Shown: positions 50,539 to 60,922, counted from the first letter of the stretch. The stretch: 64,000 bases of DNA from a bacterium (GCA_965261595.1 CBDHDG010000004.1:1-64000); one strand, 5' to 3'. A program made the numbers and translations. Notes: generated from the letters alone by a model not told the origin.

Positions 50539-51165
50539 CGGGAATTTCCTATTTCTACTTCCGCCGAGATCCTTCCGGTCCCTTTCGTAGTTCGAAAACA
50601 TTAGACCCCCTCCAATGGGCCTGTCAACGGCTTCTCGAATTCCCCAACTGGGAGCTGATCGACAACTGCCATGGAGAAACGCGGAGTCCCGCCCTCGGTG
50701 ATCCTTCCCGACGGTTCAACGAGTGAGGAAAAATATCCTCCTTCCGCCTACGGGGACTGCTCCGCTCAAGGTCAGACAGGCACAGGCCGCAATCGGTTGA
50801 TCCGATCCAGGATGAGGGCGAACACTTCCCTGGATACAGCAACCTCAACCAACTGAAAGATGATCTGCTGGGTATACCGCACGATCCGGCCCCCGATTTT
50901 ATCAGCTTCACCTGGAGGCTTCGCAGCGACCAGAGCTTGAGCCCCCCCCTCCCGGCGGGCCGGCAATCCCGCATCCGAAGTGATTCTGCCTCCGTCAAAC
51001 TCACGCCTCAGCCGACGGTCAAAACGAACCTTCAATCCCCGCCTTTTTGCTTCACCCATTGGACGCCCCCGCGAGAAGGTGGCAGGGCCATCCCAACACG
51101 CTGATTTTACAAAAGAAAGCGGCTTTCGGTCTGTCTAATCTTATGATCCATATGCGAAATCCAGG
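50539..51165 (-). mobile_element. Internally deleted IS1380 derivative (about 630 bp)
   Basis: Degenerate IRs at both ends; the transposase 5' end (MGEAK..ITSDAGL) is fused directly to the 3' end (..NRLRPVPV). Confidence 0.75.
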
Positions 51166-51350
51166 CTGCATATGATTGGCCGCTTGGCGTCATCTCAGAA
51201 GAATGGTTGATTGCTCTCTGGTTAGGCACTACACTTTCAAAGGAATGAAGCGATTCCCCTGGCCCGTTTGGAGGCGGGGAAAGCCGGAGGTTTTTGGCAG
51301 GTTCGGCCATATGTGATTGAAAATTATTGGTTAACACCCCTGGAGTCGAG

Positions 51351-54167
51351 ATGTTCGAATTAGTCAAAAAGATGGTGGGCACCAAGAACGACCGGCAGTT
51401 GAAGCGCCTCGCACACTACGTCGAGCGGACGAACGCGCTTGAGGCCGGGATGAAGGAGCTTTCGGACGAGGAGATCCGCGCCAAGACGGATGAGCTCCGG
51501 GGACGGCTGGCGGACGGTGAAACCTTGGAAAACCTGCTGCCGGAGGCCTTCGCGGCTTGCCGGGAGGTCGCGCGCCGCAAGGTCCATATGCGCCACTTCG
51601 ACGTCCAGATCCTCGGCGGCGTTGTCCTGCACGAAGGAAAGATCGCCGAGATGAAGACCGGCGAGGGCAAGACGCTCGTCGCGACGCTTGCGGTTTACAT
51701 CAACGCGCTGACCGGCAAGGGCGTCCACATCGTGACGGTCAACGACTACCTGGCCCACCGCGACGCCGACTGGATGGGACCGGTCTATGAAGGACTCGGT
51801 CTTACGGTGGGTGTGATCCAGCACGACATGGCCGACGAGGATCGCCAGGCGGCCTACGCCTGCGACGTTACGTACGGGACCAACAACGAGTTCGGGTTCG
51901 ATTATCTGCGCGACAACATGAAGTTCACCCCGGATGAAATGGTCCAGCGGAAGCTCCACTACGCCATTGTGGACGAGGTGGACAGCATCCTCATCGACGA
52001 GTCCCGCACACCCCTCATCATCTCCGGGCCGGCCGAGGAATCGACCGACCTGTACCACAAGATCGACCGCCTGATTCCTCCCATGCTCAAGGAGAAGGAG
52101 GACGCCGGGGAGGATGCGCCGCCCGAGGAGGAGCTTCCCGATTCCGAGAAGGACGCCATCAGCAAGATCAAGTACGCGTATCTCACCGTGGACGAGAAGA
52201 GCCGCACCGCCACGCTGAACGAGCTCGGCATGCCCGAGATGGAACAACGGCTGGAGAAGGCGGGGCTTCTGAAAGGGGACAGCCTCTTCGACCTGGAGAA
52301 CATCGAGAGCCTGCACCACGTCAATCAGGCGCTCAAGGCGCACGTCCTCTTCCAGCGGGACGTGGACTATGTTGTCCAGAACGGCGAGGTCATCATCGTC
52401 GACGAGTTCACCGGCCGGACGATGCCCGGCCGCAGATACAGCGAGGGGCTTCACCAGGCCCTCGAAGCCAAAGAGCACGTCAAAATCGAGAACGAAAACC
52501 AGACACTCGCCACCATCACCTTCCAGAACTACTTCCGGATGTACGACAAGCTGTCGGGCATGACCGGAACGGCCGACACCGAGGCGGCGGAATTCGCCCA
52601 GATCTATAACCTGGACGTTGTGGCGATCCCCACCAACGTGCCCCTCGTCCGGACCGAGTTTCCCGATGTGGTCTACCGGACGGAAGGGGAAAAATACCAA
52701 GCGGCCATCGACGAGCTCGCCGATTGCCATGAGCGCGGCCAGCCCGTTCTGGTCGGGACCGGCTCCATCGAGAACTCCGAGAAGGTCAGCAAGCTGCTCA
52801 AAAGACGCGGGGTCCCCCACAACGTGTTGAACGCGAAGCACCACGCCAATGAGGCCGACATCATCGCCCAGGCCGGCCGCCTGAAGGCCATCACGATCTC
52901 CACGAACATGGCCGGACGCGGGACGGACATCCTCCTCGGGGGCAACCCCGAGTTCCTGGCCAGGACGGCGGCGGACGCCGGTGAAGACGCGGATTACGAG
53001 AGGGAGCTGGAGAAGTATCATGCCGTCTGCGCCAAGGAGCACGACGACGTTGTGGCCCTCGGCGGTCTGCACGTCCTCGGCACGGAGCGGCACGAGAGCC
53101 GCCGGATCGACAACCAGCTCCGGGGCCGGTCCGGCCGGCAGGGGGATCCGGGCTCGTCCCGGTTTTACCTGTCGCTCGAGGACAATCTGCTCAGGATCTT
53201 CGGCTCGGACCGGATCAGCGGGATCATGGATAAACTGGGCATGGAGGAAGGAGAGCCCATCGAGCACAATATGGTGAGCAAGGCCATCGGCAACGCCCAG
53301 AAGAAGGTGGAGGCCTACCACTTCGATATCCGCAAACACCTCCTGGAATACGACGACGTGATGAACAAGCAGCGGGAGGTGATCTACGAGCAGCGCCAGC
53401 AGATCATCGCCGGGGAAAACAGCCGCGAAATGCTCTTCGGCATGATTGAGGACGTGGCCGAGTCGGCCGTCGGGCTGCACCTCAACGACACCCTTCACCC
53501 CGACGACTGGGATCTCGATGGGCTGGAGCAGGCCCTCGGGCGTCTGTTCGGCCTTCAGGTCGAACGCAAGGGGTTCATGCTCTCTCTGGACGGCAGCCCG
53601 GATTGGCTCAACATGGAGGAATCCTCCCCGGAGGAGGTGGCCGAGCAAGTCGTCGCCGCCGTTGAAAGGGCCTACGAAAAGAAAGAGTCCGAAATGGGCG
53701 CGGACACCCTGCGTTTTCTCGAACGCATGGTCATGCTCCAGATCGTCGACGACCAGTGGAAGGACCATCTGCTGGCCATGGACCACCTCAAGGAGGGGAT
53801 CGGCTTCCGGGGCTACGCGCAGAAGAACCCCCTCAACGAGTACAAGCGGGAAGGGTTCGATCTCTTCTCGGCCATGATGGGGCGGCTCAAGGAAGAGATC
53901 CCCCAATACCTTCTCCGGATTCAGGTCGATCCGGATGATGAGCAGTTGGGCGACGGATTTCTCGGCCGGCGGGCGGCCCGGATGGTCGAGCACCGGGGGG
54001 AAGAAATGTCGGTGGAGTCCTACGGCGGCGATGAAGACCTGATGACCAACACCTCCGAGCCCGGCGCCGTCCAGACTTACCGGCGCGAGGGGCGCAAGGT
54101 CGGCCGCAATGAGCCTTGCCCCTGCGGAAGCGGGAAGAAGTACAAGAACTGCCACGGAAGGAGCTGA
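51351..54167 (+). CDS. secA: Preprotein translocase ATPase SecA
   Basis: [71 protein letters not shown]. Confidence 0.98.
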   Translation: MFELVKKMVGTKNDRQLKRLAHYVERTNALEAGMKELSDEEIRAKTDELRGRLADGETLENLLPEAFAACREVARRKVHMRHFDVQILGGVVLHEGKIAEMKTGEGKTLVATLAVYINALTGKGVHIVTVNDYLAHRDADWMGPVYEGLGLTVGVIQHDMADEDRQAAYACDVTYGTNNEFGFDYLRDNMKFTPDEMVQRKLHYAIVDEVDSILIDESRTPLIISGPAEESTDLYHKIDRLIPPMLKEKEDAGEDAPPEEELPDSEKDAISKIKYAYLTVDEKSRTATLNELGMPEMEQRLEKAGLLKGDSLFDLENIESLHHVNQALKAHVLFQRDVDYVVQNGEVIIVDEFTGRTMPGRRYSEGLHQALEAKEHVKIENENQTLATITFQNYFRMYDKLSGMTGTADTEAAEFAQIYNLDVVAIPTNVPLVRTEFPDVVYRTEGEKYQAAIDELADCHERGQPVLVGTGSIENSEKVSKLLKRRGVPHNVLNAKHHANEADIIAQAGRLKAITISTNMAGRGTDILLGGNPEFLARTAADAGEDADYERELEKYHAVCAKEHDDVVALGGLHVLGTERHESRRIDNQLRGRSGRQGDPGSSRFYLSLEDNLLRIFGSDRISGIMDKLGMEEGEPIEHNMVSKAIGNAQKKVEAYHFDIRKHLLEYDDVMNKQREVIYEQRQQIIAGENSREMLFGMIEDVAESAVGLHLNDTLHPDDWDLDGLEQALGRLFGLQVERKGFMLSLDGSPDWLNMEESSPEEVAEQVVAAVERAYEKKESEMGADTLRFLERMVMLQIVDDQWKDHLLAMDHLKEGIGFRGYAQKNPLNEYKREGFDLFSAMMGRLKEEIPQYLLRIQVDPDDEQLGDGFLGRRAARMVEHRGEEMSVESYGGDEDLMTNTSEPGAVQTYRREGRKVGRNEPCPCGSGKKYKNCHGRS

Positions 54168-54171
54168 GCCT

Positions 54172-54990
54172 TTGGGATTCAAGATCGCCGGCGTCCAAAT
54201 GCGCTGCACGCCCGACAAGGACCGAAACCTCAAACGGGCGATCGAGTTGGGCGACCTGGCCGCGGAGCAGGACGCCCGCGTCATCTGCTTTCAGGAGTTG
54301 TTCCACACCCACTGGTTTCCCCGCAACACCGACCCCGACGCCCACGACCTGGCCGAGTCCATCCCCGGCCCCTCGGTGGACCGCTTGGCCGCCGAGGCCC
54401 GGCGGTGGAACGCGGCCGTCATTGCGCCGATCTATGAGCGGGACGGCGACGGACGAGGATTCAACGCGGCCGCCGTCCTCGACGCGCAAGGGGACCTCAA
54501 GGGCGTCTACCGGAAGGTCCACGTGCCGCATTTCGACCTCTGGGAAGAGCGCTCCTATTTCGAGGCGGGAGATTCCGGGTTCCCGGTCTTCGACGTGGGG
54601 TTCGCCCGGATCGGCGTCCAGATCGGCTGGGACGTGTTCTTTCCCGAGGTCTCCCGGGCCCTGGCGCTGAACGGCGCGCAGATCATCGTCACCCCCACGG
54701 CCGCCGCCTTCGCCAGCCACCAGCGCTGGGAGACCGTCCTGCGCGCGCACGCCATCACCAACGGGGTCTACATCCTCCGGGTCAACCGGGTGGGAAGCGA
54801 AGAGGCGCACGACTTTTATGGGTCGAGCTTCTGTGTCAACCCGGAGGGAGATCTGATCGGAGAGCCCAGCGGCATGACGGACGGCGTACTTCTGGCCGAG
54901 ATCGACCTGGATGAGATCGACAGGGTCCGGAGCGAGTGGACCTACCTGGACGACCGCCGGCCGGACGCCTACGGCGCGCTTGTGAGTTGA
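54172..54990 (+). CDS. Carbon-nitrogen hydrolase (nitrilase superfamily; N-carbamoylputrescine amidase-like)
   Basis: FQELF, YRKVHVP, QIGWD..FPE (Cys replaced by Gly), VNRVG.E, FYGSSF; TTG start inferred. Confidence 0.85.
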   Translation: MGFKIAGVQMRCTPDKDRNLKRAIELGDLAAEQDARVICFQELFHTHWFPRNTDPDAHDLAESIPGPSVDRLAAEARRWNAAVIAPIYERDGDGRGFNAAAVLDAQGDLKGVYRKVHVPHFDLWEERSYFEAGDSGFPVFDVGFARIGVQIGWDVFFPEVSRALALNGAQIIVTPTAAAFASHQRWETVLRAHAITNGVYILRVNRVGSEEAHDFYGSSFCVNPEGDLIGEPSGMTDGVLLAEIDLDEIDRVRSEWTYLDDRRPDAYGALVS

Positions 54991-55053
54991 GGATCCGCGA
55001 AATCTGTGTAATCCCCACCTGAGTTTGGACGGGGTCAGTGGATTCCATTTTTT

Positions 55054-55146
55054 GTCATTCCGAGCGAGGGGAGGGGTCGCCCCCGACGAGGAATCCCGCC
55101 GTGTGTGTCTTGACCTTCTCTTCTTCAATCTGTGTAATCTGTGGAT
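55054..55146 (+). repeat. Composite intergenic repeat, copy 1
   Basis: GTCATTCCGAGCG..hairpin..CGACGAGGAATC, pyrimidine tract, then AATCTGTGTAATCTGTGGAT. Confidence 0.85.
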
Positions 55147-55221
55147 TGCCCGGGCCTTTCGGTTTTTAGCCTCTCCCCATCCGTGTAATCTGTGGATAAA
55201 ACTCTGCACCCTGGAGGTCCC

Positions 55222-56469
55222 ATGAAATCCACCAAACATCTCCTCATCGGCGCCGGTCTGGCTTCCAACCGGGCGGCCAAGCAGCTTCGGGACAAGGACC
55301 CGGACGCCTCCATCACGCTGGTGGGCGAGGAGCCCGCCGCGCCGTACAACCGGCCCCCTTTGTCCAAAGAGTTCCTGCGCGGCGAGAAGGAAGAGGAAAA
55401 GCTCCTCCTCGATCCCGAGCGGATGTACAACGACAAGCGGATCGACCTTGTCCTCGGCGCCCCCGTCGAGGCGCTCGATCCGGCGGCCAAGACAGCAAAG
55501 ATCGCGGGCGGCGAGGAGATCCGGTTCGAGAAGGCCTTCATCGCGACCGGCGGCAGACCCATCCCCCTGCCGGTCCCCGGGGGCGATCTCCAAGGGGTTC
55601 ACTCCCTGCGGACCCTCGCGGACACGAAACGTATCGCGGCCGAGGCGGGTCCGGACAAGCGCGCGGTCATCGTCGGGGCCGGGTTCATCGGCATGGAGAT
55701 CGCCGCCTCCCTGACGCTGATGGGCGTCAAGGTGGACGTCATCGAGGCCGAATCCCGCATCTGGTCCCGCTTCACCGATGAGTCCCTGTCGGGATTTTTC
55801 GAGGGCTATTGCTCCGAACGGGGCGTCACGTTCCACACCGGCGAGCGGGTGGCCGAGATCCGGGGCGGGGGGGGAGGGGGGGGACGGGCTTCTTCGGTCG
55901 TCACGGAATCCGGCGTCGAGCTTCCGTGCGATTTCGTGTGCGTCGCCATCGGCATCGTCCCCAACGTCGAGCTGGCCCGGGACGCCGGCCTGGAGGTGGA
56001 GGACGGAATCGTCGTCAACGATCTCCTTCAGACATCGGACCCGGACATCTACGCCGGGGGCGACGCGGCCAACTACCCGGACCCGGTGTTCGGCAAGCGG
56101 CGGCGGGTGGAGCACTGGGGCCACGCCGGGTACTGCGGAACGCTCGCCGGGCAGAACATGGCCGGCGCGGAGAACCGGTATGACCACCTGACCTCCGTCT
56201 GGTCGGACGTCTTCGACCTCAAGCTCCTGTTCGCCGGCGACGAGAGCGAGTACGACCGGGTGCTCGTCCGGGGGAAATACGAGGACGGGTCCTTCACGGT
56301 TTTCTACCTGCGGGAAAACGTCATGCGGGCCTACTTCGGAATCAACGCCAACTTCAAAGAGCTTCGCACCTTCCAGGGGTTGATCCAATCGGGCCGGGAC
56401 CTCTCGGGGAAGGAAGCCCGGCTTCAGGATACGGCCTTCGATGTGAAAGATCTCCTTCCGGCTACGTGA
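55222..56469 (+). CDS. NAD(P)/FAD-dependent oxidoreductase (ferredoxin reductase-like)
   Basis: IGAGLA, PYNRPPLSK, IATGG, GAGFIGME, IYAGGD, RVEHW. Confidence 0.9.
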   Translation: MKSTKHLLIGAGLASNRAAKQLRDKDPDASITLVGEEPAAPYNRPPLSKEFLRGEKEEEKLLLDPERMYNDKRIDLVLGAPVEALDPAAKTAKIAGGEEIRFEKAFIATGGRPIPLPVPGGDLQGVHSLRTLADTKRIAAEAGPDKRAVIVGAGFIGMEIAASLTLMGVKVDVIEAESRIWSRFTDESLSGFFEGYCSERGVTFHTGERVAEIRGGGGGGGRASSVVTESGVELPCDFVCVAIGIVPNVELARDAGLEVEDGIVVNDLLQTSDPDIYAGGDAANYPDPVFGKRRRVEHWGHAGYCGTLAGQNMAGAENRYDHLTSVWSDVFDLKLLFAGDESEYDRVLVRGKYEDGSFTVFYLRENVMRAYFGINANFKELRTFQGLIQSGRDLSGKEARLQDTAFDVKDLLPAT

Positions 56470-56483
56470 TTAAAGGCTTTCTT

Positions 56484-56576
56484 ATCCACAGATTGCACAG
56501 ATTGAAGAGCAGGAAAATTCATAAGGGTTTGAATCACTGATTCTTCTCTTTTCTAAAATCTGCGTAATCTGTGGAT
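56484..56576. repeat. Inverted pair of the 9-mer tandem motif (20-bp arms)
   Basis: ATCCACAGATTGCACAGATT ... AATCTGCGTAATCTGTGGAT, 18/20 complementary. Confidence 0.8.
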
Positions 56577-56609
56577 CAAAAGGGTCTGCCTTTTGTGGCT
56601 TGAAATGAT

Positions 56610-57368
56610 ATGAAATCCGCGGACCGATTCATCCTTCTCCTCACCGCCGCGCTCGTTCTGGCGGGGGGCTGCGCCGGCGTCGGGAACGTCCGGTTCCGGG
56701 TCGGGGAGAGGGAACACCAGGCCCTCATCAGCGTACCGAAAAAGGCAACGCCGCCTTATCCGGCGGTCATCTTCAACCACGGAATTCTTGTGGACCTCCA
56801 CGGCCTTTCCGGGGCGAAAGCCCGCGGCTATTCGCTGAACGCCTTTTGCCAGGCCCTCGCCGGGGACGGCTTCCTCGCCTTCCTTCCCGTCCGCAACGGC
56901 TTGGAGGCGCTTTCCACGCAGCTCGCGATCGTCTTGGGGGCTTATCGTCACGTCGGCGAGATGAAGAACGTGGACCCCGGCCGGCTTGCCGTGGCGGGTT
57001 TCTCGCGCGGGGCGCTTTTGACGCTCATCGCCGCCCGGCACGGCCTGGAGGCGAAGGCGTTCGTCCTCATGGCGATCGCTCCCGGCCCGAGGTCCGAGCT
57101 GGCCGCCGCCGGGGAGGATGTCTCACGCGTCCGCGCGCCCGTTCAGATCCTGCTCGCGACCGGGGATGACCGCTTCATCGTCAACGGCAGCCAGCGTTTG
57201 GCCGCCGCCTTCCGGAGGGTCGGCAAGCCCGTCGATTTTCACGAATATCCGGGCGGCCCGTTGAATTGCAAACCCGGCCCCGGCGCCCCGTGCGCCCACA
57301 AGCTCTTTTACACCGTCGGGGCCTACTGGTCCGACGTGAGGGATTTCCTGCAAAAGACCCTGAGATGA
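56610..57368 (+). CDS. Alpha/beta hydrolase lipoprotein (dienelactone hydrolase-like)
   Basis: Signal peptide with LAGGC, PAVIFNHG, GFSRG nucleophile elbow, later Asp and His. Confidence 0.8.
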   Translation: MKSADRFILLLTAALVLAGGCAGVGNVRFRVGEREHQALISVPKKATPPYPAVIFNHGILVDLHGLSGAKARGYSLNAFCQALAGDGFLAFLPVRNGLEALSTQLAIVLGAYRHVGEMKNVDPGRLAVAGFSRGALLTLIAARHGLEAKAFVLMAIAPGPRSELAAAGEDVSRVRAPVQILLATGDDRFIVNGSQRLAAAFRRVGKPVDFHEYPGGPLNCKPGPGAPCAHKLFYTVGAYWSDVRDFLQKTLR

Positions 57369-57493
57369 TTCGCGGATTAAGGACGAAGTGAAATTCTCCG
57401 AGAACCCCGGGTTCTTGCTTTTTTCCAATCTGCGAAATCTGTGTAATCTGTGGATAAGTATCTGTTGGTGGCCGTTCTGTGGATTTCATTCTT

Positions 57494-57595
57494 GTCATTC
57501 CGAGCCAGAGACCGGCAGGGTCGCGACGAGGAATCTCGCCTTGCGCTTCTTGTTCTTGTCTTCCCCCATCTGCGCAATCTGTGTAATCTGTGGAT
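57494..57595 (+). repeat. Composite intergenic repeat, copy 2 (extra 9-mer array at 57427-57455)
   Basis: Same architecture as 55054-55146. Confidence 0.85.
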
Positions 57596-57629
57596 CTAGA
57601 ATTGGAGGTTCCTCTTAAGGGCCGGGATA

Positions 57630-57920
57630 ATGGAATTAGACGAGATCCTGAAGCGGAAGCGGGCGGAGATCCTCCGCATTGCCGCCCGGCACGGGGCGCA
57701 CAACGTACGCCTTTTCGGCTCGGCCGCAAGGGCCGAGGCCGATGCGGCCAGCGACATCGATATCCTGGTGGACATGGCGCCCGACCGGAGCTTGCTGGAC
57801 TTGGGCGCGCTCTGGAGGGAGTTGAACGACCTTCTCGGCGTCAAAGTGGACGTAGTGACAGAGAAGGGCCTCCGCGACCGCATTCGCGATCGCGTCCTGA
57901 AGGAAGCGGTGTCTTTATGA
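57630..57920 (+). CDS. MNT (minimal nucleotidyltransferase) antitoxin
   Basis: LFGSAAR...SDIDILV...KVDVV. Confidence 0.9.
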   Translation: MELDEILKRKRAEILRIAARHGAHNVRLFGSAARAEADAASDIDILVDMAPDRSLLDLGALWRELNDLLGVKVDVVTEKGLRDRIRDRVLKEAVSL

Positions 57921-58039
57921 GGGATGAGCGCGAGCGGCTTCGACACATCTTGGAGGCCATTGAGCGGATTGAAAAATATGCCGTGCGTGGAGAGGAGGGA
58001 TTTCGGCGGGACGAGTTGGTCCAGAACTGGATGGTCCGG
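57917..58039 (+). pseudogene. HEPN/DUF86 toxin, truncated by an IS3 fragment
   Basis: [21 protein letters not shown]...F..DELVQ..VR; stops before the RxxxxH motif. Confidence 0.8.
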
Positions 58040-58375
58040 TGGACTTACCCCGGTTTCGTGGAGAGTTAAGCACTTGGGTTTTCAGGGTGTGCGTTGTTGT
58101 CTCCTTTCGTAGTTAACGGGTGACAGGTTGTCGATGGAGGAGTGCCGACGATGCGGGTTGTAGAAGCCCTCGATGAACCCGAACACCTCCATGCGCGCCT
58201 CGGCCCGGGTGCGGAAACTGTGGCGAGCGAGGAGCTCGCACTCCAGCGTGGCGAAAAAGCTCTCACACAGCGCGTTGTCGTAGCAGTCCCCGACCGAACC
58301 CATGGAGGGACGCACGCCCGCCTGCCGGCAGCGCTGCCCAAAGGCGACCGAGGTGTACTGCGTGCCCTGGTCGGA
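58040..58375 (-). mobile_element. Fragment of IS3 element B (one end only)
   Basis: Near-identical to 28702-29040. Confidence 0.9.
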
Positions 58376-58501
58376 ATTGAAAAAAGAGAAAGGCAAGACA
58401 TACACGGCGGGATTCCTCGTCGGGACCCGGCGGCCCATGCGTCGGAGGACGCCACGCGTCGGTGGATGCTTTGCATCGGTGGATGCCTCGCTCGGAATGA
58501 C
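58376..58501 (-). repeat. Composite intergenic repeat, copy 3 (inverted, truncated at the IS3 junction)
   Basis: Reverse complement matches 55054-55129, with a longer internal loop. Confidence 0.85.
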
Positions 58502-58585
58502 TACAAACCTTCAGGGGCGCATTGCGGAATGCGGGTATAATGACAGACGTGCATGGGCTGGCGGAAGGGGGAGGGGGGAGGAGAA

Positions 58586-58885
58586 ATGACGGGTGACGGG
58601 GCGGCAATCCTCGAAGAGCTGAAAAAACGCAAAGACGACCTGGCCGGGATGGGTGTCCGGCGGCTGGGGCTGTTCGGCTCCTCGGCAAGAAATCAGTCGG
58701 ATGAGACAAGCGACCTCGACTTCGTGGTTGAGTTCCACAAAAAATCCTTCGACGCATACATGGACCTGAAAGCCTACCTGGAAGAGCTTTTCGCCCGCAA
58801 GGTGGACCTGGTGCTCCGGGACGCCATCAAGCCGAGGCTCCGAGAACACATCCTGGCCGAGACCGTCGATGTCCCGGGACTATAA
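58586..58885 (+). CDS. MNT antitoxin, second copy
   Basis: LGLFGSSAR....SDLDFVVEF...RKVDLV. Confidence 0.9.
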   Translation: MTGDGAAILEELKKRKDDLAGMGVRRLGLFGSSARNQSDETSDLDFVVEFHKKSFDAYMDLKAYLEELFARKVDLVLRDAIKPRLREHILAETVDVPGL

Positions 58886-58977
58886 GGGTTTATCTGGAAG
58901 ACATCCTCGATGCGGCGAAAAGTGTCCGCGAGTACACGGCGGGCATGTCCCCGGAAGGGTTCTCTTCCATAGAATGA
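58869..58977 (+). pseudogene. HEPN/DUF86 toxin remnant
   Basis: MSRDYK|VYLEDILDAA..VREYT.GMS.E.F; frameshifted and ends at the repeat. Confidence 0.7.
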
Positions 58978-58979
58978 AA

Positions 58980-59204
58980 GAGGCGAAAAACAAGGCAGTT
59001 TATCCACAGATTTCGCAGATTGGGGAAAGAGAAAATCAAGGCATAAAGTGCGAGAATCCCCGTCGGGGCGTACTCCCCCCTCGCTCGAAATGACAGGCGG
59101 TAAGGTGGGTTTTGGTTGATTCATAAATCTGCGTAATCTGTGAAATCTGTGGATCGCCATGGCCTTTCGGTTTTTCGCCTCCCCCAATCAGTAATCTGTG
59201 GATT
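58980..59204. repeat. Long imperfect inverted repeat enclosing composite repeat copy 4 (59001-59094, minus strand)
   Basis: 59002-59021 versus 59135-59154 are 19/20 complementary, with outer arms GAGGCGAAAAAC / GTTTTTCGCCTC. 59144-59204 is a direct repeat of 55136-55197. Confidence 0.8.
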
Positions 59205-60159
59205 CAGGTTCTCCGTTGGCCTTCGCCGATGAGCGGGAGAACCGCCCCGAGGGGGCCGGCGTCGTCGCCCAGGCGGCCGGGCAGGACCTCCAAGAATTCG
59301 GTGACGGCCGGGAAAGCCCTGCGCTTCATCTCCGCCCGGGCCGGGTCCAGAATCGCGTCTCCCGCCCGGGAGACTCCGCCCGTCACGACGATCTTCTCCG
59401 GGTTGAACAGGTTGGCGAAGTTGGCGAGACCGATGCCGAGATATCTCCCGGTGTCCCGGAGGATGTCCGCGGCAAGGGCGTCCCCGCGCGCGCGGCGTCG
59501 GCGATCTCCTGAACGCCCAACTCAGGGCCGGGGGCGAGACCGCTTGCCCGCCCGGAGGCGAGGGCGTCGCGGAACCGGCGGAGGATTCCGTACGCCCCGA
59601 CGAAGGCTTCTAGGCACCCCCGGTTTCCGCACCGGCACGGAGGACCCTCCGGGTCGATCGTCGTATGGCCCCCTTCGCCGCCCATCCCGGCCCCGCCGCG
59701 CCAGACCTCGCTGTCGAGGATGAACCCCGTCCCGACGCCCGTCCCCAGGGTGACGACGACGAGGGCGCCTTTCCCCCCCGTCCCCGCGCCGCGCCAGCCC
59801 TCGCCGAGGGCGATGGCGTTGGCGTCGTTTTCGAGCAGGGTCGGGACGCCGAACGTCTCTTCGAGGAAGGGGCGGAGCGGAAAGCCCTCGAACGCCGGTA
59901 GGTTCGGCGAGGCCAGGATGGCCCGGCGGTCGCCGGACAGGACGCCCGCGCACCCGATCCCGGCGATCGGCTTCCCCTCCGCCGCCGATTCAACCAGGGC
60001 GGCGAGAGCGGCTCGGATCTCGGCGTTTCCTTCATCGGTTCCGACGGCCTCGGGCGATAGCCGGTGGACGCGGCTGAGGACCTCGCCGCCGGAGGAGATC
60101 AGCGAGGCTTTCAAGTTCGTTCCGCCGATATCGAGTCCGATATAGACCTTCTCGCGCAT
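59204..60159 (-). CDS. ROK-family sugar kinase (glucokinase-like); apparent 1-bp frameshift near 59483
   Basis: IGLDIGGT, LENDAN, TLGTGVG, EGGH...CRCGNRGCLE. One extra G restores DALAADIL..LFNPEKIV.GG, so probably a sequencing error. Confidence 0.85.
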
Positions 60160-60313
60160 GGCTGAATTCCTTTGCGAGTCCGGAACGGAGGAGCGGCGAT
60201 GGCGCCCGGAGCGGGGGGTGGGGGCGGCCCTTTGACGCATCTTGGCGCGAAGGCGTGATGTCGCGAAGGTGTGATATATAACACCCCGGGCGGATGAGGG
60301 GAGAATCCCGACT

Positions 60314-60922
60314 TTGGAAGTTCTACTCAATTTTTTTACAAGCCACACCGGGTGGCTGGTTTACGTCCTCCTGTTCGCCATTTTGTTCCTTTCCGGACTG
60401 GGCCTTCCGGTTCCCGAAGACGCGGTGCTCTTGTCCGGCGGGTTCCTGATCTATTTCGGTTACACGGAATATCTCCCGACCGTCGTGGTGATGTTCGTCG
60501 GGGTTTTGGCCGGCGACGTTCTGATCTTTACGATCGGCCGGAAGTGGGGGGCCGACGCCGTCCGCCACAAGAGCGTCAAGCATCTCCTCACGCCGAAACG
60601 GCTGGCCCGCGTTCAGAGACATTTCGAGAAATCCGGGACGATGACGATCCTGCTGGCCCGGTTTCTGATGGGGCTTCGGGCGGCGACGTACCTGTTGGCG
60701 GGGTCGATGCGGATGCCGTTCCGGCAGTTCTTCTGGCTGGATTTTCTGGCGGCCCTGGTGAGCGTGCCGCTGGTCAGTTATCTGGGTTACGTGTTCGCCC
60801 CGCAGTTGGAAACCCTCCTGGGGTTTCTCCGCCGCGTCGAGGTGCTCATCCTCATCGCTGTCTTGGTGGGGGCGGGCGTCTTTTACTGGCGCCGCCGCTC
60901 CAGAAAGAGTGAGGCCGTCTGA
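60314..60922 (+). CDS. DedA family membrane protein
   Basis: GLGLPVPEDAVLL.GG, LAGD...F.IGR, LARF..GLR. Confidence 0.9.
   Translation: MEVLLNFFTSHTGWLVYVLLFAILFLSGLGLPVPEDAVLLSGGFLIYFGYTEYLPTVVVMFVGVLAGDVLIFTIGRKWGADAVRHKSVKHLLTPKRLARVQRHFEKSGTMTILLARFLMGLRAATYLLAGSMRMPFRQFFWLDFLAALVSVPLVSYLGYVFAPQLETLLGFLRRVEVLILIAVLVGAGVFYWRRRSRKSEAV

Larger units (their letters stand above)
1..51165. mobile_element. Integrated F-type (MPF-F/MOB-F) conjugative element, ICE or integrated plasmid; left end lies outside the window, right end approximate
   Basis: Complete tra module, relaxase, candidate oriT and leading region run through an IS cluster into housekeeping secA. No integrase or att site is visible in the window. 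Confidence 0.75.

Noticed and set aside
51165..51350. attR site or tRNA at the island/secA junction
   Set aside because: No tRNA fold or integrase is visible, and the other end of the element is outside the window, so a direct repeat cannot be tested.
54991..59204. Repeats considered as a CRISPR array or integron attC sites
   Set aside because: Spacing is irregular, orientation is mixed, there are no constant-length spacers or clear RYYYAAC/GTTRRRY cores, and no cas or intI gene is present.
59470..59495. Programmed frameshift or phase variation in the ROK kinase (likewise the nuclease at 30484)
   Set aside because: The runs are very short with no slippery motif; a sequencing indel or simple mutation is more likely, and reads are needed to decide.
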